Source: Cyanobacteria bacterium J06626_4
GTDB lineage: Bacteria > Cyanobacteriota > Cyanobacteriia > Phormidesmidales > Phormidesmidaceae
DNA length: 23,778 nt
Assembly: GCA_038523235.1 (NCBI GenBank)
Contig: JBCBJQ010000093.1
Coordinates: 1 to 23,778 of the forward strand
Direction: 5' to 3'
Position 1 is the first letter of the stretch. Each line of letters begins with the position of its first letter. The position numbers and the translations under genes were made by a program. Positions 1 through 10,210 of this stretch are shown here, piece by piece. The notes beneath the pieces were generated by a model, which was given only the letters and a program-made list of their open reading frames with translations, was not told the origin of the DNA and did not search any database.

Positions 1-225
1 AAGTGCTTAGAACTATCGCTAGCTCTAGCTTACAGAGATGGAACTTTTTCTCAATCTTTTAGTTGCACATCGCGTGAGTATTGCAGCAGAAATACTGTCA
101 GTTCAAGATTTGCAGTAGTCGCGGCCCGTATTGCTTGAGAAATGTTCGTCGGGTTGTTCACTGCACCGGCTCCAAGTCTGAATTTGGGTGCGTTCACAGG
201 GCAAAATTACAAAAACACTTTCCCC

Positions 226-795
226 TTAGCGGGACTTTCTGCGAGGCGATCTCCTCCCTTTATCCGACGGAATGCGCGGTTTGACAGGGGCTTTTCTCAG
301 CTCTCGCTTCCAAGCCGAAACAAACCAGTCAGCAGTGTAGTGGCTCATAGCTCCGAGTTCGATACCGATCGCGATAGCTAACCAAAGACGCCAATAATCG
401 AGCAGAGTCTGAGTGATCGCTTGCCCTAAATCGTTCCAGGTAATCTGGGTATAGCCAACCGTATTGCTCACTTCTAAAACCAGCAAACTGCTCAGTGAAA
501 TCCACACCAGTAAATAAACCAGCCGCACCACAGTCCCCGCGAGAAAGCCGTGAGACCACATTGACCGATGGCGCAAGCTGTGGCGATAGGGTCGCCAGAT
601 CCAGCTAAACCAGCCCCATCGCTTGCTTTGCACAGAGCGAATATCGAGATCAGGGCCAAACATGAGTCCCGCAAACACAAACCCCAAAACGGTCAGGAGC
701 GTATAGCCTGCATGTCTGGTACTAATCATGGCCGCGAGGCCCACCCAGGGCACACACCACACTGTGATGCGATCGTGGGTTTTTCCGGAGGGCAT
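226..795 (-). CDS. DUF2227-family putative metal-binding membrane protein
   Basis: N-terminus MPSGKTHDRIT; motifs GPDLD, HRSxxSH and HYTAD; several hydrophobic helices. Matches the cyanobacterial DUF2227/YdjM-like pattern. Confidence 0.85.
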   Translation of the reverse strand: MPSGKTHDRITVWCVPWVGLAAMISTRHAGYTLLTVLGFVFAGLMFGPDLDIRSVQSKRWGWFSWIWRPYRHSLRHRSMWSHGFLAGTVVRLVYLLVWISLSSLLVLEVSNTVGYTQITWNDLGQAITQTLLDYWRLWLAIAIGIELGAMSHYTADWFVSAWKRELRKAPVKPRIPSDKGRRSPRRKSR

Positions 796-857
796 GGCGG
801 CTCAACCAAAAAGGGGGGATTTAGAGTGGACCCAGTGCCGCGATCGCCATGCTTGTC

Positions 858-866
858 TGCTATGAT
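858..866 (+). promoter_or_regulatory. Probable extended -10 element for tRNA-Val
   Basis: TGC-TATGAT (TGn + TAnnnT) ending 17 nt upstream of the tRNA 5' end. Confidence 0.45.
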
Positions 867-883
867 CAGAAGCCGTGTGGTTG

Positions 884-956
<73 letters not shown>

Positions 957-1060
957 TCATGGATCAATTTGTAGTTTCCCGCTGCATGAAAGCTGCCGGC
1001 AATTGAGCTGATAGGGCTATGGAGCACGCTTGTGGTGTGACGTATTGGCGCGATCGCCTC

Positions 1061-1690
1061 TCAGAATCCGATTAGTTTGGCCAATACCGGCGGCATCACT
1101 TCACCTACGATTTTTCCCCAAACCTCTGGCTCCGTCTCCAACGGATTATCCATCTCTAAGCATCGGAAAGCGACCTTGTCAGTCAGTAGCATCGCTAATC
1201 GATCGGCAGTTTTGCTTGATAGCTTACTTTTGAGGGGTGGAAAAAGGTCAATGTCTTGCCAAAACACCATATCCCAACTGTAGAAACCTTCTGCCGTGAC
1301 ACGATGGCTAGCTTGCAGTATTTGCAGCCGATGAGTCATCACGGGGATATTGTGCTGACGCTGATTATCGCGAAAGGCTCTTTGCTCAATGCCCATCGGA
1401 GTGATGTTGTAGGGCAGCGGTCGCAAAAAATCGGTATAAATATGCAAATCCATCAGGCTGTTTGCCGGTTCAGCCGTATTCAAATTTTGTCGGTTTGGTG
1501 AATATACCCACGTCCGCACGGCACGCGGCGTGTCCCGTCCCTCTAGGCGATGAAGCACTCCCGATTCACCACTGATTGATTGGTCAGGCTGAAACGTTTT
1601 GGGTGCCGATTCAGGACTGTATCCCCTGTCATACCAGAGCTTTCGCCGGATATAGCCCAGACTATCCTCTAAAACTCGATCAAATAACAT
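1061..1690 (-). CDS. Hypothetical protein (209 aa)
   Basis: Long ATG-started ORF filling the space between the tRNA and the TPR gene; no motif recognised. Confidence 0.7.
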   Translation of the reverse strand: MLFDRVLEDSLGYIRRKLWYDRGYSPESAPKTFQPDQSISGESGVLHRLEGRDTPRAVRTWVYSPNRQNLNTAEPANSLMDLHIYTDFLRPLPYNITPMGIEQRAFRDNQRQHNIPVMTHRLQILQASHRVTAEGFYSWDMVFWQDIDLFPPLKSKLSSKTADRLAMLLTDKVAFRCLEMDNPLETEPEVWGKIVGEVMPPVLAKLIGF

Positions 1691-1881
1691 GGCCCACAGC
1701 CTCGCAGAGAATTCAACGCAGATATCAGGAACTCTTAGATTAGTTTTTCCCGTTTTGAGCTGGTGATTTGAATGCGAATTATGAAAGTCTGACCAACTAT
1801 CGTGATTGTTGTATGAAAAAAAACTGTTTCTGAGGCCTCAACGGGGCCAGATGGGAATCAATCCCTTGCCATATCAAAAGC

Positions 1882-1909
1882 GCTGTCTCTGAAGATATCC
1901 AGGGACAGC
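1882..1909 (-). terminator. Possible terminator hairpin downstream of the TPR gene
   Basis: GCTGTCTCTG-N8-CAGGGACAGC imperfect inverted repeat, followed by GCTTTT on the minus strand. Confidence 0.3.
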
Positions 1910-1973
1910 ACTTGAAATTCACTAGCGGTGTGGCTAACGATGGGGGTGCGGAGCGGCCACTGCGATCGCAGAC

Positions 1974-2924
1974 TTATTCGCCAAACTGTTCTGCTGCGCG
2001 AGCACTGCAAACCGCCCGGTCTTCTCCGGTTATGTGGCACTGCTCAAAGGCAATTTGTCGGCTGGTGGCAGCGGGGAGCTGATCGGCATACTCAATTGCC
2101 TGAGCGAAGTATTCCTGGCTTTCTGCTGTGCGATCCAAGCGGCGTAGAAGCTGCGCCTTGAGATACAGCAAATCAGGATTGTTCGGCGCTTCTCCCAGGG
2201 CCACATCAAGGGCTTCCAGCGCCTCAGTGTCGCGATCGAGATCGCGATAGCCGAGAGCAATACCGCGATAGGCAACATAGGTCGGGTAGCCATAGGTTTC
2301 TAGGCGGCCAATCGCTTTCTCAGGGTTAGCAAAGGGCAAATTGACCGCCAACAGCAAATCCATATAGCCTTTGAGCAAGCTTAATTCTGGATCTTCAGGG
2401 TCAATCGCCTCTGCCGCGTCCATGCGGTCAAACACTCGCTGCAGCATCCCCAGCGCTTTCGGCGTGCCCTGAGCTACCCCTTCAGTTTGCAAGATGTGAG
2501 CACCTTCTAAAAATACGCCCACGGCTTCATATAAATTGCTCCGCAGATCATCAGACCCAGCCAATTCAGTCGCCGTTTGCTGAGTCAGGGCCGCTTTTGA
2601 GGCTAACGTGGCCCAATCTTCATCTAAGTAGGCAAGGGCCGCGCCCAAAGCGTGAAATAGGGGATCGGCTTCTGCATCAGCGCCCGCACTGGCTAAATAC
2701 TCACGAGCCGCTACGTAATCGCCATCGCGAAACATCGCGTAAAAAATTTGTTCGCTCGTATCGCTGATATCGTGGGGTGCCTCGGTACGAAAGGGATCGC
2801 CCGCAAAAGCAGTTTGAGTTAGAGGAATGATGGCAAGGCTAACGCCCATTAGCAAACAGCCCAAACGCCGAACGATTTGGCGTGTGAACGGTTGATGAAT
2901 AATACCTGTTACGAAGTTTGACAT
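1974..2924 (-). CDS. Sll0314/Alr1548-family exported TPR repeat protein
   Basis: Signal peptide ending AFA-GDPFR; motif LLKGYMDLLLAVNLPF; C-terminal TPR-like repeats (NPDLLYLKAQLL). Start placed at ATG 2924; the ORF is open to 2984. Confidence 0.85.
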   Translation of the reverse strand: MSNFVTGIIHQPFTRQIVRRLGCLLMGVSLAIIPLTQTAFAGDPFRTEAPHDISDTSEQIFYAMFRDGDYVAAREYLASAGADAEADPLFHALGAALAYLDEDWATLASKAALTQQTATELAGSDDLRSNLYEAVGVFLEGAHILQTEGVAQGTPKALGMLQRVFDRMDAAEAIDPEDPELSLLKGYMDLLLAVNLPFANPEKAIGRLETYGYPTYVAYRGIALGYRDLDRDTEALEALDVALGEAPNNPDLLYLKAQLLRRLDRTAESQEYFAQAIEYADQLPAATSRQIAFEQCHITGEDRAVCSARAAEQFGE

Positions 2925-3272
2925 ATCTGTGGAGAGCGTAAAGGTTGACTGACAAAGTGACTGCTGAGTTTTTAGCAAAATCATGGCTCTAGTGTGAGTC
3001 TTCTAGAACACGACTCAACTCTCTGCATCTAATATGCCGCCTCAGCGACAAAGCGTGTTGATTTCTCGATATTGTATTGGCAGATACATCTCCCCCGCTT
3101 GACGGGCGAATTCCGGAAAGAGTTCCACAGCTTTAAGGCCAGTCAGCTCAGCCCATTGTGACGCTGTGGCAAATCGTAAAGGAGATAAACTTGGCATTTC
3201 TTACGAGCGATCACCCACGCCTGGGATCAATTGCGGGTACCTTAAATAAAAGTCATCAGCCCAGCAGACGGC

Positions 3273-3929
3273 ATGCTCAATCTTCGCGATTTGTCATATC
3301 ACCCAGCCTCAACGCCTCAACCCATTCTGCAGAATCTGTCTTTAGATCTCGGCCCGCAAGAACTCGGCTTGGTTATTGGCCCCAGCGGTTCTGGAAAAAC
3401 GACTTTGCTTGAAATCTTGGCCGGGTTGGCCTATCCGACGGCAGGCGAGGTGCGCTGGCGCAATCAAGTATTGCTGCCTGAAGCGTTGCAGCAGTTGGCT
3501 GGGTTGGTGTTTCAATTTCCGGAGCGGCACTTTTGCGGCCACAACGTGCTGGAAGAACTGCGCCTGGGTCATCCTGAGCTGTCTAAAAGTCGCATCACAC
3601 AAACGCTCGAATCCGTTGGTCTAGGCCATCTCTCGCTACAGGCTGAGCCCCATGCGTTGAGCGGCGGACAGCAGCGGCGCTTAGCCTTGGCCGTGCAGCT
3701 AATTCGCCAGCCCTATCTATTATTATTGGACGAACCCACCGCCGGACTCGACTGGTCTATGCGCCGTCAAGTGGTCAGCCTCTTGAAGCAACTCAAAAAG
3801 AATTGGAGCCTGCTCATTGTGACCCACGATGCCAGTGAGCTGATTGAACTCGCCGATCGCGCCTGGACCCTTGATCATGGCGTCTTACAGCCCTATACGC
3901 TCATGACCCCAGCGGAGGCCACCGCGTGA
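3273..3929 (+). CDS. ABC transporter ATP-binding protein, ECF/CbiO-like (NAP14/ABCI11-type)
   Basis: Walker A GPSGSGKTT, Q-loop VFQFPE, signature LSGGQ, Walker B LLLDEPT, H-loop VTHD. Confidence 0.93.
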   Translation: MLNLRDLSYHPASTPQPILQNLSLDLGPQELGLVIGPSGSGKTTLLEILAGLAYPTAGEVRWRNQVLLPEALQQLAGLVFQFPERHFCGHNVLEELRLGHPELSKSRITQTLESVGLGHLSLQAEPHALSGGQQRRLALAVQLIRQPYLLLLDEPTAGLDWSMRRQVVSLLKQLKKNWSLLIVTHDASELIELADRAWTLDHGVLQPYTLMTPAEATA

Positions 3930-4708
3930 CTGTAGGTGAACCGGCTCCGTCGCCACTGCTCGAGTATGAACAGCAGTGGCAGCAAACGTTGCAGTGGCAG
4001 CCCACGCCTGAGCAGCAAATACTGTTTCAACGGGTGTATGAGGCCATCTTGCAGGGCAACCAGCAGATGAACTTAACCCGACTCACTGATCCAGACACGT
4101 TTTGGGAAAAGCACCTGTGGGATTCACTTAGCGGCCTAGCTCCTTGGTTGACGTCTATTGGTGCCCCGGCATGGGCGACTGCACGAGCGACGGCTCAGGT
4201 GATCGATATCGGTACAGGCGCGGGATTTCCGGGCTTGCCTGCAGCGATCGCCTTTGAGTCATGGCAAATCACCTTGCTGGATTCGACTCAAAAAAAGGTG
4301 CGCTTTTTAACCGAATCAGCGGAGTCGATGGCACTCAAGAATGTGCGAGCGATCGCCGACCGCGCCGAATTTTTGGCTCATCAACCGAGCCACCGCGAAC
4401 AATATGACTTGGCCCTGCTGCGAGCGGTTGGCCCAGCACCCACCTGCCTGGAATATGCGCTGCCCTTGGTGAAAGTGGGTGGTGTTGCGGTGCTCTATCG
4501 GGGCCAGTGGAGCGAAGAAGACTCCCACAACACTGCCGCAGTGGCCCAACAGCTGGGGGGCCAGCTGCTCTCAGTTACATCTAGTCAGACGCCGCTAACG
4601 CAAGGCGTACGACATTGCGTCTATGTGGGCAAGCACACTCTGACCAATGAAGATTTCCCGCGATTGCCAGGCATTCCTGCCAAACTGCCACTGACGCCTG
4701 AGAACTGA
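3926..4708 (+). CDS. rsmG: 16S rRNA (guanine(527)-N7)-methyltransferase
   Basis: Motifs MNLTR, KHLWDS, SAM-binding DIGTGAGFPG, LLDSxxKK, RAE, LRAV and FPRxPG. The GTG start overlaps the upstream stop (GTGA). Confidence 0.96.
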   Translation: MTVGEPAPSPLLEYEQQWQQTLQWQPTPEQQILFQRVYEAILQGNQQMNLTRLTDPDTFWEKHLWDSLSGLAPWLTSIGAPAWATARATAQVIDIGTGAGFPGLPAAIAFESWQITLLDSTQKKVRFLTESAESMALKNVRAIADRAEFLAHQPSHREQYDLALLRAVGPAPTCLEYALPLVKVGGVAVLYRGQWSEEDSHNTAAVAQQLGGQLLSVTSSQTPLTQGVRHCVYVGKHTLTNEDFPRLPGIPAKLPLTPEN

Positions 4709-5087
4709 GTTCACCTGACGCCTGACAGAACCTTTGAAGAGGTACTTTCGTGTCGCTGTCTGACGCTGGCGGGAGATCATACGCTGGATTCGGTCATGGC
4801 CTCTTCGTGGATGTATCCCCTTCAGCAAACTCGAATTCCCCACTTTGTGCGCCTGCATCGCACTGAGTTGTGATTAGCCAGCGATGGAGCAGCACCGAGA
4901 TCGCAGGCCTATGCCTCACGCTCTCACTCATGAGAGTTACTTCTATGGCAGACAAGTTTCCCTAATCTTTACGGAGTCTTATAAAACTTAATCAACAAAG
5001 CTCTGATAATGTATTTGAGTAAACATTTGCTAAGTCACTACTTTGCATAGACAACCTCCTTATTGAAGTTGCGTAGAGCGGTGCCTG

Positions 5088-5495
5088 GTGTTCGAGAGTA
5101 TTCGCGCGATGAGTCACCATCAGAATTCAGCAGCAGCTTCCACTAACATGGCTTCACCGAGTCTGTGGCTGCGCGCACTATGGCGTCGCTTGACCGTCAG
5201 CTTCGTGTTGTTGCTCGGTATGGCAGTTTTTATGACCGCAGTGGGGATTGATTCGCGACAACAAGCTTCCGCAGCGGATATGTCTAGTGCTACTGAGCCT
5301 AGTAGAGAATTTGTCCGCACCGTCAACTCAAATTCTGTGACTGCAGTTTTGGTTTCCCATCCGCCCTCCGTTGCCGGTTCTTACCGGGAATATGATGCCG
5401 AAACGGCCAATCGATTGCGACATGGTGCATTAACGAGTGCAAGCTTGACGGCGAGTCGTTTGACCAAGTCTCACTTATTTATGCAACAGCGTTAA
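5088..5495 (+). CDS. Hypothetical membrane-anchored or secreted protein (start uncertain)
   Basis: 135-codon ORF with one hydrophobic segment (LTVSFVLLLGMAVFMTAVGI) after basic residues; ends just before a terminator. Confidence 0.45.
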   Translation: MFESIRAMSHHQNSAAASTNMASPSLWLRALWRRLTVSFVLLLGMAVFMTAVGIDSRQQASAADMSSATEPSREFVRTVNSNSVTAVLVSHPPSVAGSYREYDAETANRLRHGALTSASLTASRLTKSHLFMQQR

Positions 5496-5529
5496 GCCTG
5501 TGTCGTTGGCAGCCCGCAGCGGCGCGGAC

Positions 5530-5568
5530 AAAAAAATCCCCTCGATGAGTTGCTCATCGAGGGGATTT
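5530..5568. terminator. Rho-independent terminator, strongest on the minus strand, probably bidirectional
   Basis: Perfect 16-bp stem AAATCCCCTCGATGAG-TTG-CTCATCGAGGGGATTT; the A7 run on the left gives a U-tract on the minus strand. Confidence 0.85.
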
Positions 5569-5820
5569 AGTTAAGTGTGCTGTCTGTTGATTTAAGAGAA
5601 GAGGGAAGCTAATTACCAGTGACGATAAAAGTCAGACTCAATAGCCTGCAGTTTCCGAAACTCTCGATATCTACATGATCCTAGATTTCCCCCCTCATGT
5701 GGGTGACGAACACCGTGACAACACTGTGATCTGGCTCATCAAGTCGTGTTTCCTGATGGGCATTAAAAGGTCATCCTGGTGTCAGAAGAGCCCAACTCAA
5801 AAGCTCCTCCAGAGACTGAT

Positions 5821-6585
5821 CTACCAGGGTAAACGGCTCCCATCCCATGAAAAAAACGAGCCATTATCGGCCTCTGCCAGACCATCGATAATCGTGAGGA
5901 GCTGGTTCACAGTCCGCTCTACCGAAAACAGCTTGTCAGGGGGGACGTTGCGTTGAAACGGCGCTGATAACTGAGTGGCTGTTGTACCTGGATGGAGGGC
6001 AACGACGGTCGTGTGAGGGGTTTTGCGGCTGTATTCGATTGCGATGGTTTTTAAAAACATGTTTAAGGCGGCCTTAGAAGCACGATAGCCATACCAACCG
6101 CCCAGCCGATTGTCTTCGATGCTGCCAATTTTGGCGGAAATATTGGCAAACACGCTGCGATCGCTGTTTTTGAACAAAGGCTGTAGATGTTTCGCTAGCA
6201 ACACGGCTGGAATGCTGTTGATCTGAAAATATTGCAGTAGTTGATCAACCTCAATCTGGCGCAGGCTCTTTTCTGGCTGTAAATCCGTTTGATGCAGCAT
6301 GCCCACGCAGTTGATGACGAGGTCAAGGCGAGTAACCTGAGCCTGAATCTGGATCACCGCTTCGGCAATACTGGTTTCTTGTGTCGCTGCCATCGGCAAG
6401 CAGATGAGTTGGGGATAATCCTGTAGCGCTAACAGATCGTTAGCCGTTTGGGGTTGGCGACAAGCGGCAAAAACAGTCCCAAAGCGCTCATCTTGCAGCA
6501 ACTGCTGCACAAAGCCCAGACCGATGCCCCGGTTGGCTCCCACGATAAGAGCGTTGGCCTGCTGCAATGTTTCCCCAAAGGTCAT
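5821..6585 (-). CDS. Short-chain dehydrogenase/reductase, CsgA (C-factor)-like
   Basis: GANRGIG Rossmann motif, SAKIGSI, catalytic YRASK, LHPGT and C-terminal WDGSRLPW. Confidence 0.93.
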   Translation of the reverse strand: MTFGETLQQANALIVGANRGIGLGFVQQLLQDERFGTVFAACRQPQTANDLLALQDYPQLICLPMAATQETSIAEAVIQIQAQVTRLDLVINCVGMLHQTDLQPEKSLRQIEVDQLLQYFQINSIPAVLLAKHLQPLFKNSDRSVFANISAKIGSIEDNRLGGWYGYRASKAALNMFLKTIAIEYSRKTPHTTVVALHPGTTATQLSAPFQRNVPPDKLFSVERTVNQLLTIIDGLAEADNGSFFSWDGSRLPW

Positions 6586-7146
6586 GATGCTGTTCTCAAC
6601 GGTATTAACCGTATGGTGACTGACTTGACGCTTTTTTGTCGGTCACAAAGAAAAGATGGCTAGTTGAGATGCCTTCTCTAACTCCCTGCTGATATGGCTT
6701 TAGCGGTAGGCTGCCTGGACAGCCTCGCAAAGCCAGAGAACTTAGGCGCAATAGCCGCAGATTTATCGTGCGGTTTCGGAGCATCGATATGAAGTTCTAG
6801 GGCTGTCTAGGGATAAAACTTTAGTTCATCACTCTTGATCGCCTGATGACGAGCGTCGCGATCTCTGGGAGTCAGATATTTGTGTCGCGTTGTGTCGCTA
6901 ACGGTTCAGAATTCTGGAATTTAGCGATCGCGTGATGAAGATTATCCCATCGGTCTGATGCAGGTCACATAGCAATGCAGAGAGACTCCGTACACTAAGG
7001 TCAACTCTTCCCTGGTCTTGCTGGGGTGCATCTTGTAAATCTTTCCGGAACCAAGCGGCTTGATGCTTGGTCTTAGCAACTGGGCACATTAAGCCCAGAG
7101 TCACCTGCACCTTGTCGTGCACCCCTGGAACTATCGTAAACATCCT

Positions 7147-8400
7147 ATGACTTATACAACTCCACCAGAAACTGATACCAAGGCTCTGACTGAAGGTGAA
7201 TTTGATGAGGATGAACAAGATTTAAGGGAAGTTAATCCACCCGAAGATGATGAGCTAATGTCGTCAGATGACGATTTGCTGGTGGGGGTCACCCTCGGGG
7301 TCAGCCAGACTAAAACTCGACGTACCACTGACTTGGTGCGCTTGTATTTACAAGAAATTGGCCGTGTGCGGCTGCTGCAAAGGGACGAAGAGGTTTCAGA
7401 AGCGCAGTACGTGCGCCGCTATATGGAACTCATTGAGCTGCGAGACAGCACTGGCGAGCAAAGCGGCGGTGTTTTAGAAGTCTATGCTCGCTTGATGCAG
7501 ACCCGCGATCGCCTCACCTCTCACCTCGGCTATCGTCCTTCTCTAGAGCGCTGGGCGAAAGAATCTGAGGTGCCTTTGCTGGAGTTGAAACCGACTCTTT
7601 CTGAGGGCAAGCGAGCTTGGGCGAGCCTCGCCGATATCTCCACCGATGAGCTAGACTTGGTGACTCGAGAAGGCATTCGCGCTAAAGAGCACATGATCAA
7701 GGCCAACCTGCGCTTGGTCGTCTCGGTTGCGAAGAAATATCAAAATCGTGGCCTCGAACTGCTCGACTTGATTCAAGAAGGTACGTTAGGGCTAGAGCGC
7801 GCCGTTGAGAAATTTGACCCCACCAAGGGCTATCGCTTTAGCACCTATGCTTACTGGTGGATTCGTCAAGGCATTACGCGGGCGATCGCGACCCAAAGCC
7901 GCACGATTCGCCTGCCCGTTCACATCACAGAAAAGCTCAACAAAATTAAGAAAGCTCAGCGCAAGCTCTCGCAAGACAAAGGCCACACTCCCAGTCTGGA
8001 TGATGTTGCCCGAGAGTTAGAGATGACGCCGGAGCAAGTCCGGGAAGTGTTGGTGCGCGTGCCCCGCTCAGTCTCTCTCGATACCAAAGTTGGTAAAGAG
8101 CGTGACACCGAGTTGGGTGAGCTTTTAGAGACTGACCACATTTCCCCCGAAGAGCTGATGATGCGTGAATCGCTGCGTCGCGATCTCAAACAGCTGATGT
8201 CTGAGTTGACCGAGCGCGAACGTGATGTCATTCACCTCCGATTTGGTCTCAAAGACGGTACGCCCTATTCTTTGGCAGAGATTGGTCGTACGCTAGAGCT
8301 ATCGCGTGAGCGAGTCCGCCAAATCGAATCAAAAGCACTACAAAAATTGCGTCAACCTAAGCGGCGCAATCGCATTCGCGATTATCTGGAAGCACTGTAG
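7147..8400 (+). CDS. sigC: Group 2 RNA polymerase sigma factor SigC
   Basis: Region 1.2 TTDLVRLYLQEIGRV..DEEVSEAQ (SigC-type); region 2 ANLRLVVSVAKKY...FSTYAYWWIRQ; region 4 LSRERVRQIE. Start placed at ATG 7147; the ORF is open from 7117. Confidence 0.85.
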   Translation: MTYTTPPETDTKALTEGEFDEDEQDLREVNPPEDDELMSSDDDLLVGVTLGVSQTKTRRTTDLVRLYLQEIGRVRLLQRDEEVSEAQYVRRYMELIELRDSTGEQSGGVLEVYARLMQTRDRLTSHLGYRPSLERWAKESEVPLLELKPTLSEGKRAWASLADISTDELDLVTREGIRAKEHMIKANLRLVVSVAKKYQNRGLELLDLIQEGTLGLERAVEKFDPTKGYRFSTYAYWWIRQGITRAIATQSRTIRLPVHITEKLNKIKKAQRKLSQDKGHTPSLDDVARELEMTPEQVREVLVRVPRSVSLDTKVGKERDTELGELLETDHISPEELMMRESLRRDLKQLMSELTERERDVIHLRFGLKDGTPYSLAEIGRTLELSRERVRQIESKALQKLRQPKRRNRIRDYLEAL

Positions 8401-8495
8401 TCAGAAGCTTTCTCGGCCACGAGATTGACATCTAGCTGAACTTAATCTGCTGGAATGGGCTGTACAACTTACATCTTCCACGGCAATGAGCCATT

Positions 8496-8531
8496 ATCGG
8501 GCGTTCATTCTCTTTTGAATGAACGCCCGAT
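8496..8531. terminator. Hairpin or terminator between convergent sigC and the HtrA gene
   Basis: Perfect 15-bp inverted repeat ATCGGGCGTTCATTC-TCTTTT-GAATGAACGCCCGAT, with only a weak U-tract. Confidence 0.6.
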
Positions 8532-8806
8532 TGTACGTTTGCTCCTCAGAGCTAATGCTTTCCCCGGCTTGAGTCAGTCCTTAATCTGGGGGAATGTGTC
8601 GCCTGCCTGTGGCTTGGCGCCGCCAACGCTGAGCTCACCAGCCGGCCGTCAGGCGATCTAGGGTGCAAAGCCAGTTGTGAGAGGCTGGTCATGCGCTGCC
8701 CCTCTGAAAAAGGGCTGATTTTTCCAGGGAGTGCGGCCCTTACACCTGCCTAAGGAGCCCAGCGGGGACGTGACGAGTTTGCCGATACCGATTGATTGGC
8801 GATCGC

Positions 8807-9979
8807 TTAGCTATCTTGCAGCTCAGCTGTTGTGATGGCTAGCTGCTCAGTTTGTTCGCCTCGTTTGACCTTGAGCTGCAGCGTTTGCCCGATCGCACTA
8901 TTTTCAACCTGGCGCTGCAAGGTGTCTGCAGAAACCACCGGTTGACCGTCGATTTCTAAAACCACATCGCCGCGACGTAAACCCGCTTCAGCTGCCGGCG
9001 TGTTCGAGATCACCCGAATCACCAGTACGCCCTCAATTTCTGGTAAGAGAACACCAGCATTCGGATCTTCGTTATTGCGGCGCGCAATATCTGGGGTTAG
9101 CGTGGCAATTTGGACACCCAAATAGGGATGAGCGATGCTTTCACCGCGCACCAGCTGATCTTTAATTTCCTTCGCCTTGTTGATGGGGATAGCAAAGCCA
9201 ATGCCCATGGCATCAGCACGAATGGCCGTGTTAATGCCGATCACTTCGCCATCTTGATTGAGTAATGGCCCCCCCGAGTTGCCAGGGTTGATGGCGGCAT
9301 CGGTTTGAATAAAGTCGAGCCGCTTGTCGGGAATGCCCACTGACGCACTGGATCGCTTGAGAGTACTGACGATGCCCAGAGTGACAGTATTGTCGAGACC
9401 CAGGGGATTGCCCACAGCGATCGCCCAATCACCAACAGTTACCTCATTCGAATCGCCTAAGCGAGAGACCGGCAGCGCTTCATCATCAGCCTCAATTTTC
9501 ACCACGGCCAGATCCGTCACACTGTCTTGACCTTCGACAATGCCTTCAAAGCGGCGACCATCTTTGAGCGTTACTGTGACGCGATCGGCCCCATCGACTA
9601 CGTGAGAGTTAGTGAGAATATCGCCTTCGGCAGAGACGATGAAACCTGAGCCTTGGCCGCGTAAGAGCTGTTCTTGCGGATAGTTGGGAAAGCCATTTGG
9701 GCCGGAAAACCCGCGAAAGAAGGGGTCGTCGAAAAATAAATCCGGGGCATCTCTGACGATGGTTTTTTCGGTGTCGATGCGCACGACAGCAGCACCGACT
9801 TGCTCAACGGCCACGGCCACAAAGCTTCTTTGACCAGGTATCGGGGTGGCCAGCTCAGGTAACGTTTGCGCTTGGGCTAAAGGTGGGTCTAGCACCATCA
9901 GTAAGAGGGCACACAGAGCAGCAGCCATGAGCCGCCAGAGAGAATTTCGCCAAGAGCGCAGCCGAGCCATTACCGTCAT
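8807..9979 (-). CDS. hhoA: HhoA/HhoB/HtrA-family serine endopeptidase with one PDZ domain
   Basis: Signal peptide; catalytic triad motifs TNSHVV, DLAVVK and GNSGGPL; C-terminal PDZ (PYLGV...[12 protein letters not shown]). The choice of hhoA among the paralogs is tentative. Confidence 0.88.
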   Translation of the reverse strand: MTVMARLRSWRNSLWRLMAAALCALLLMVLDPPLAQAQTLPELATPIPGQRSFVAVAVEQVGAAVVRIDTEKTIVRDAPDLFFDDPFFRGFSGPNGFPNYPQEQLLRGQGSGFIVSAEGDILTNSHVVDGADRVTVTLKDGRRFEGIVEGQDSVTDLAVVKIEADDEALPVSRLGDSNEVTVGDWAIAVGNPLGLDNTVTLGIVSTLKRSSASVGIPDKRLDFIQTDAAINPGNSGGPLLNQDGEVIGINTAIRADAMGIGFAIPINKAKEIKDQLVRGESIAHPYLGVQIATLTPDIARRNNEDPNAGVLLPEIEGVLVIRVISNTPAAEAGLRRGDVVLEIDGQPVVSADTLQRQVENSAIGQTLQLKVKRGEQTEQLAITTAELQDS

Positions 9980-10210
9980 TACAGTCTCCGCAAGGGGTGA
10001 ATTGAGAGAAAATATTTAGCCAGTCAGCCAAGGATATTTTCGAAAGCTACTATGAGAACCATCGTGTCCTATGTTAACGAGCTAAGGTAGGTGAGGAAAT
10101 CCTGGCTCTCAGGCAGAGATTCCCGAATCGGCCCAAAGCTTGCGCCAGTCAGTCGCCGATGGGCTGGCCAAGATAAATTGTCACGGTTGCAACATTTACT
10201 TAGGGATTTA

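Noticed and set aside
5858..8500. 13-mer GAGCCATTATCGG at 5858 and 8488
   Set aside because: One copy lies inside the SDR coding sequence, the match does not extend, and it is likely chance.
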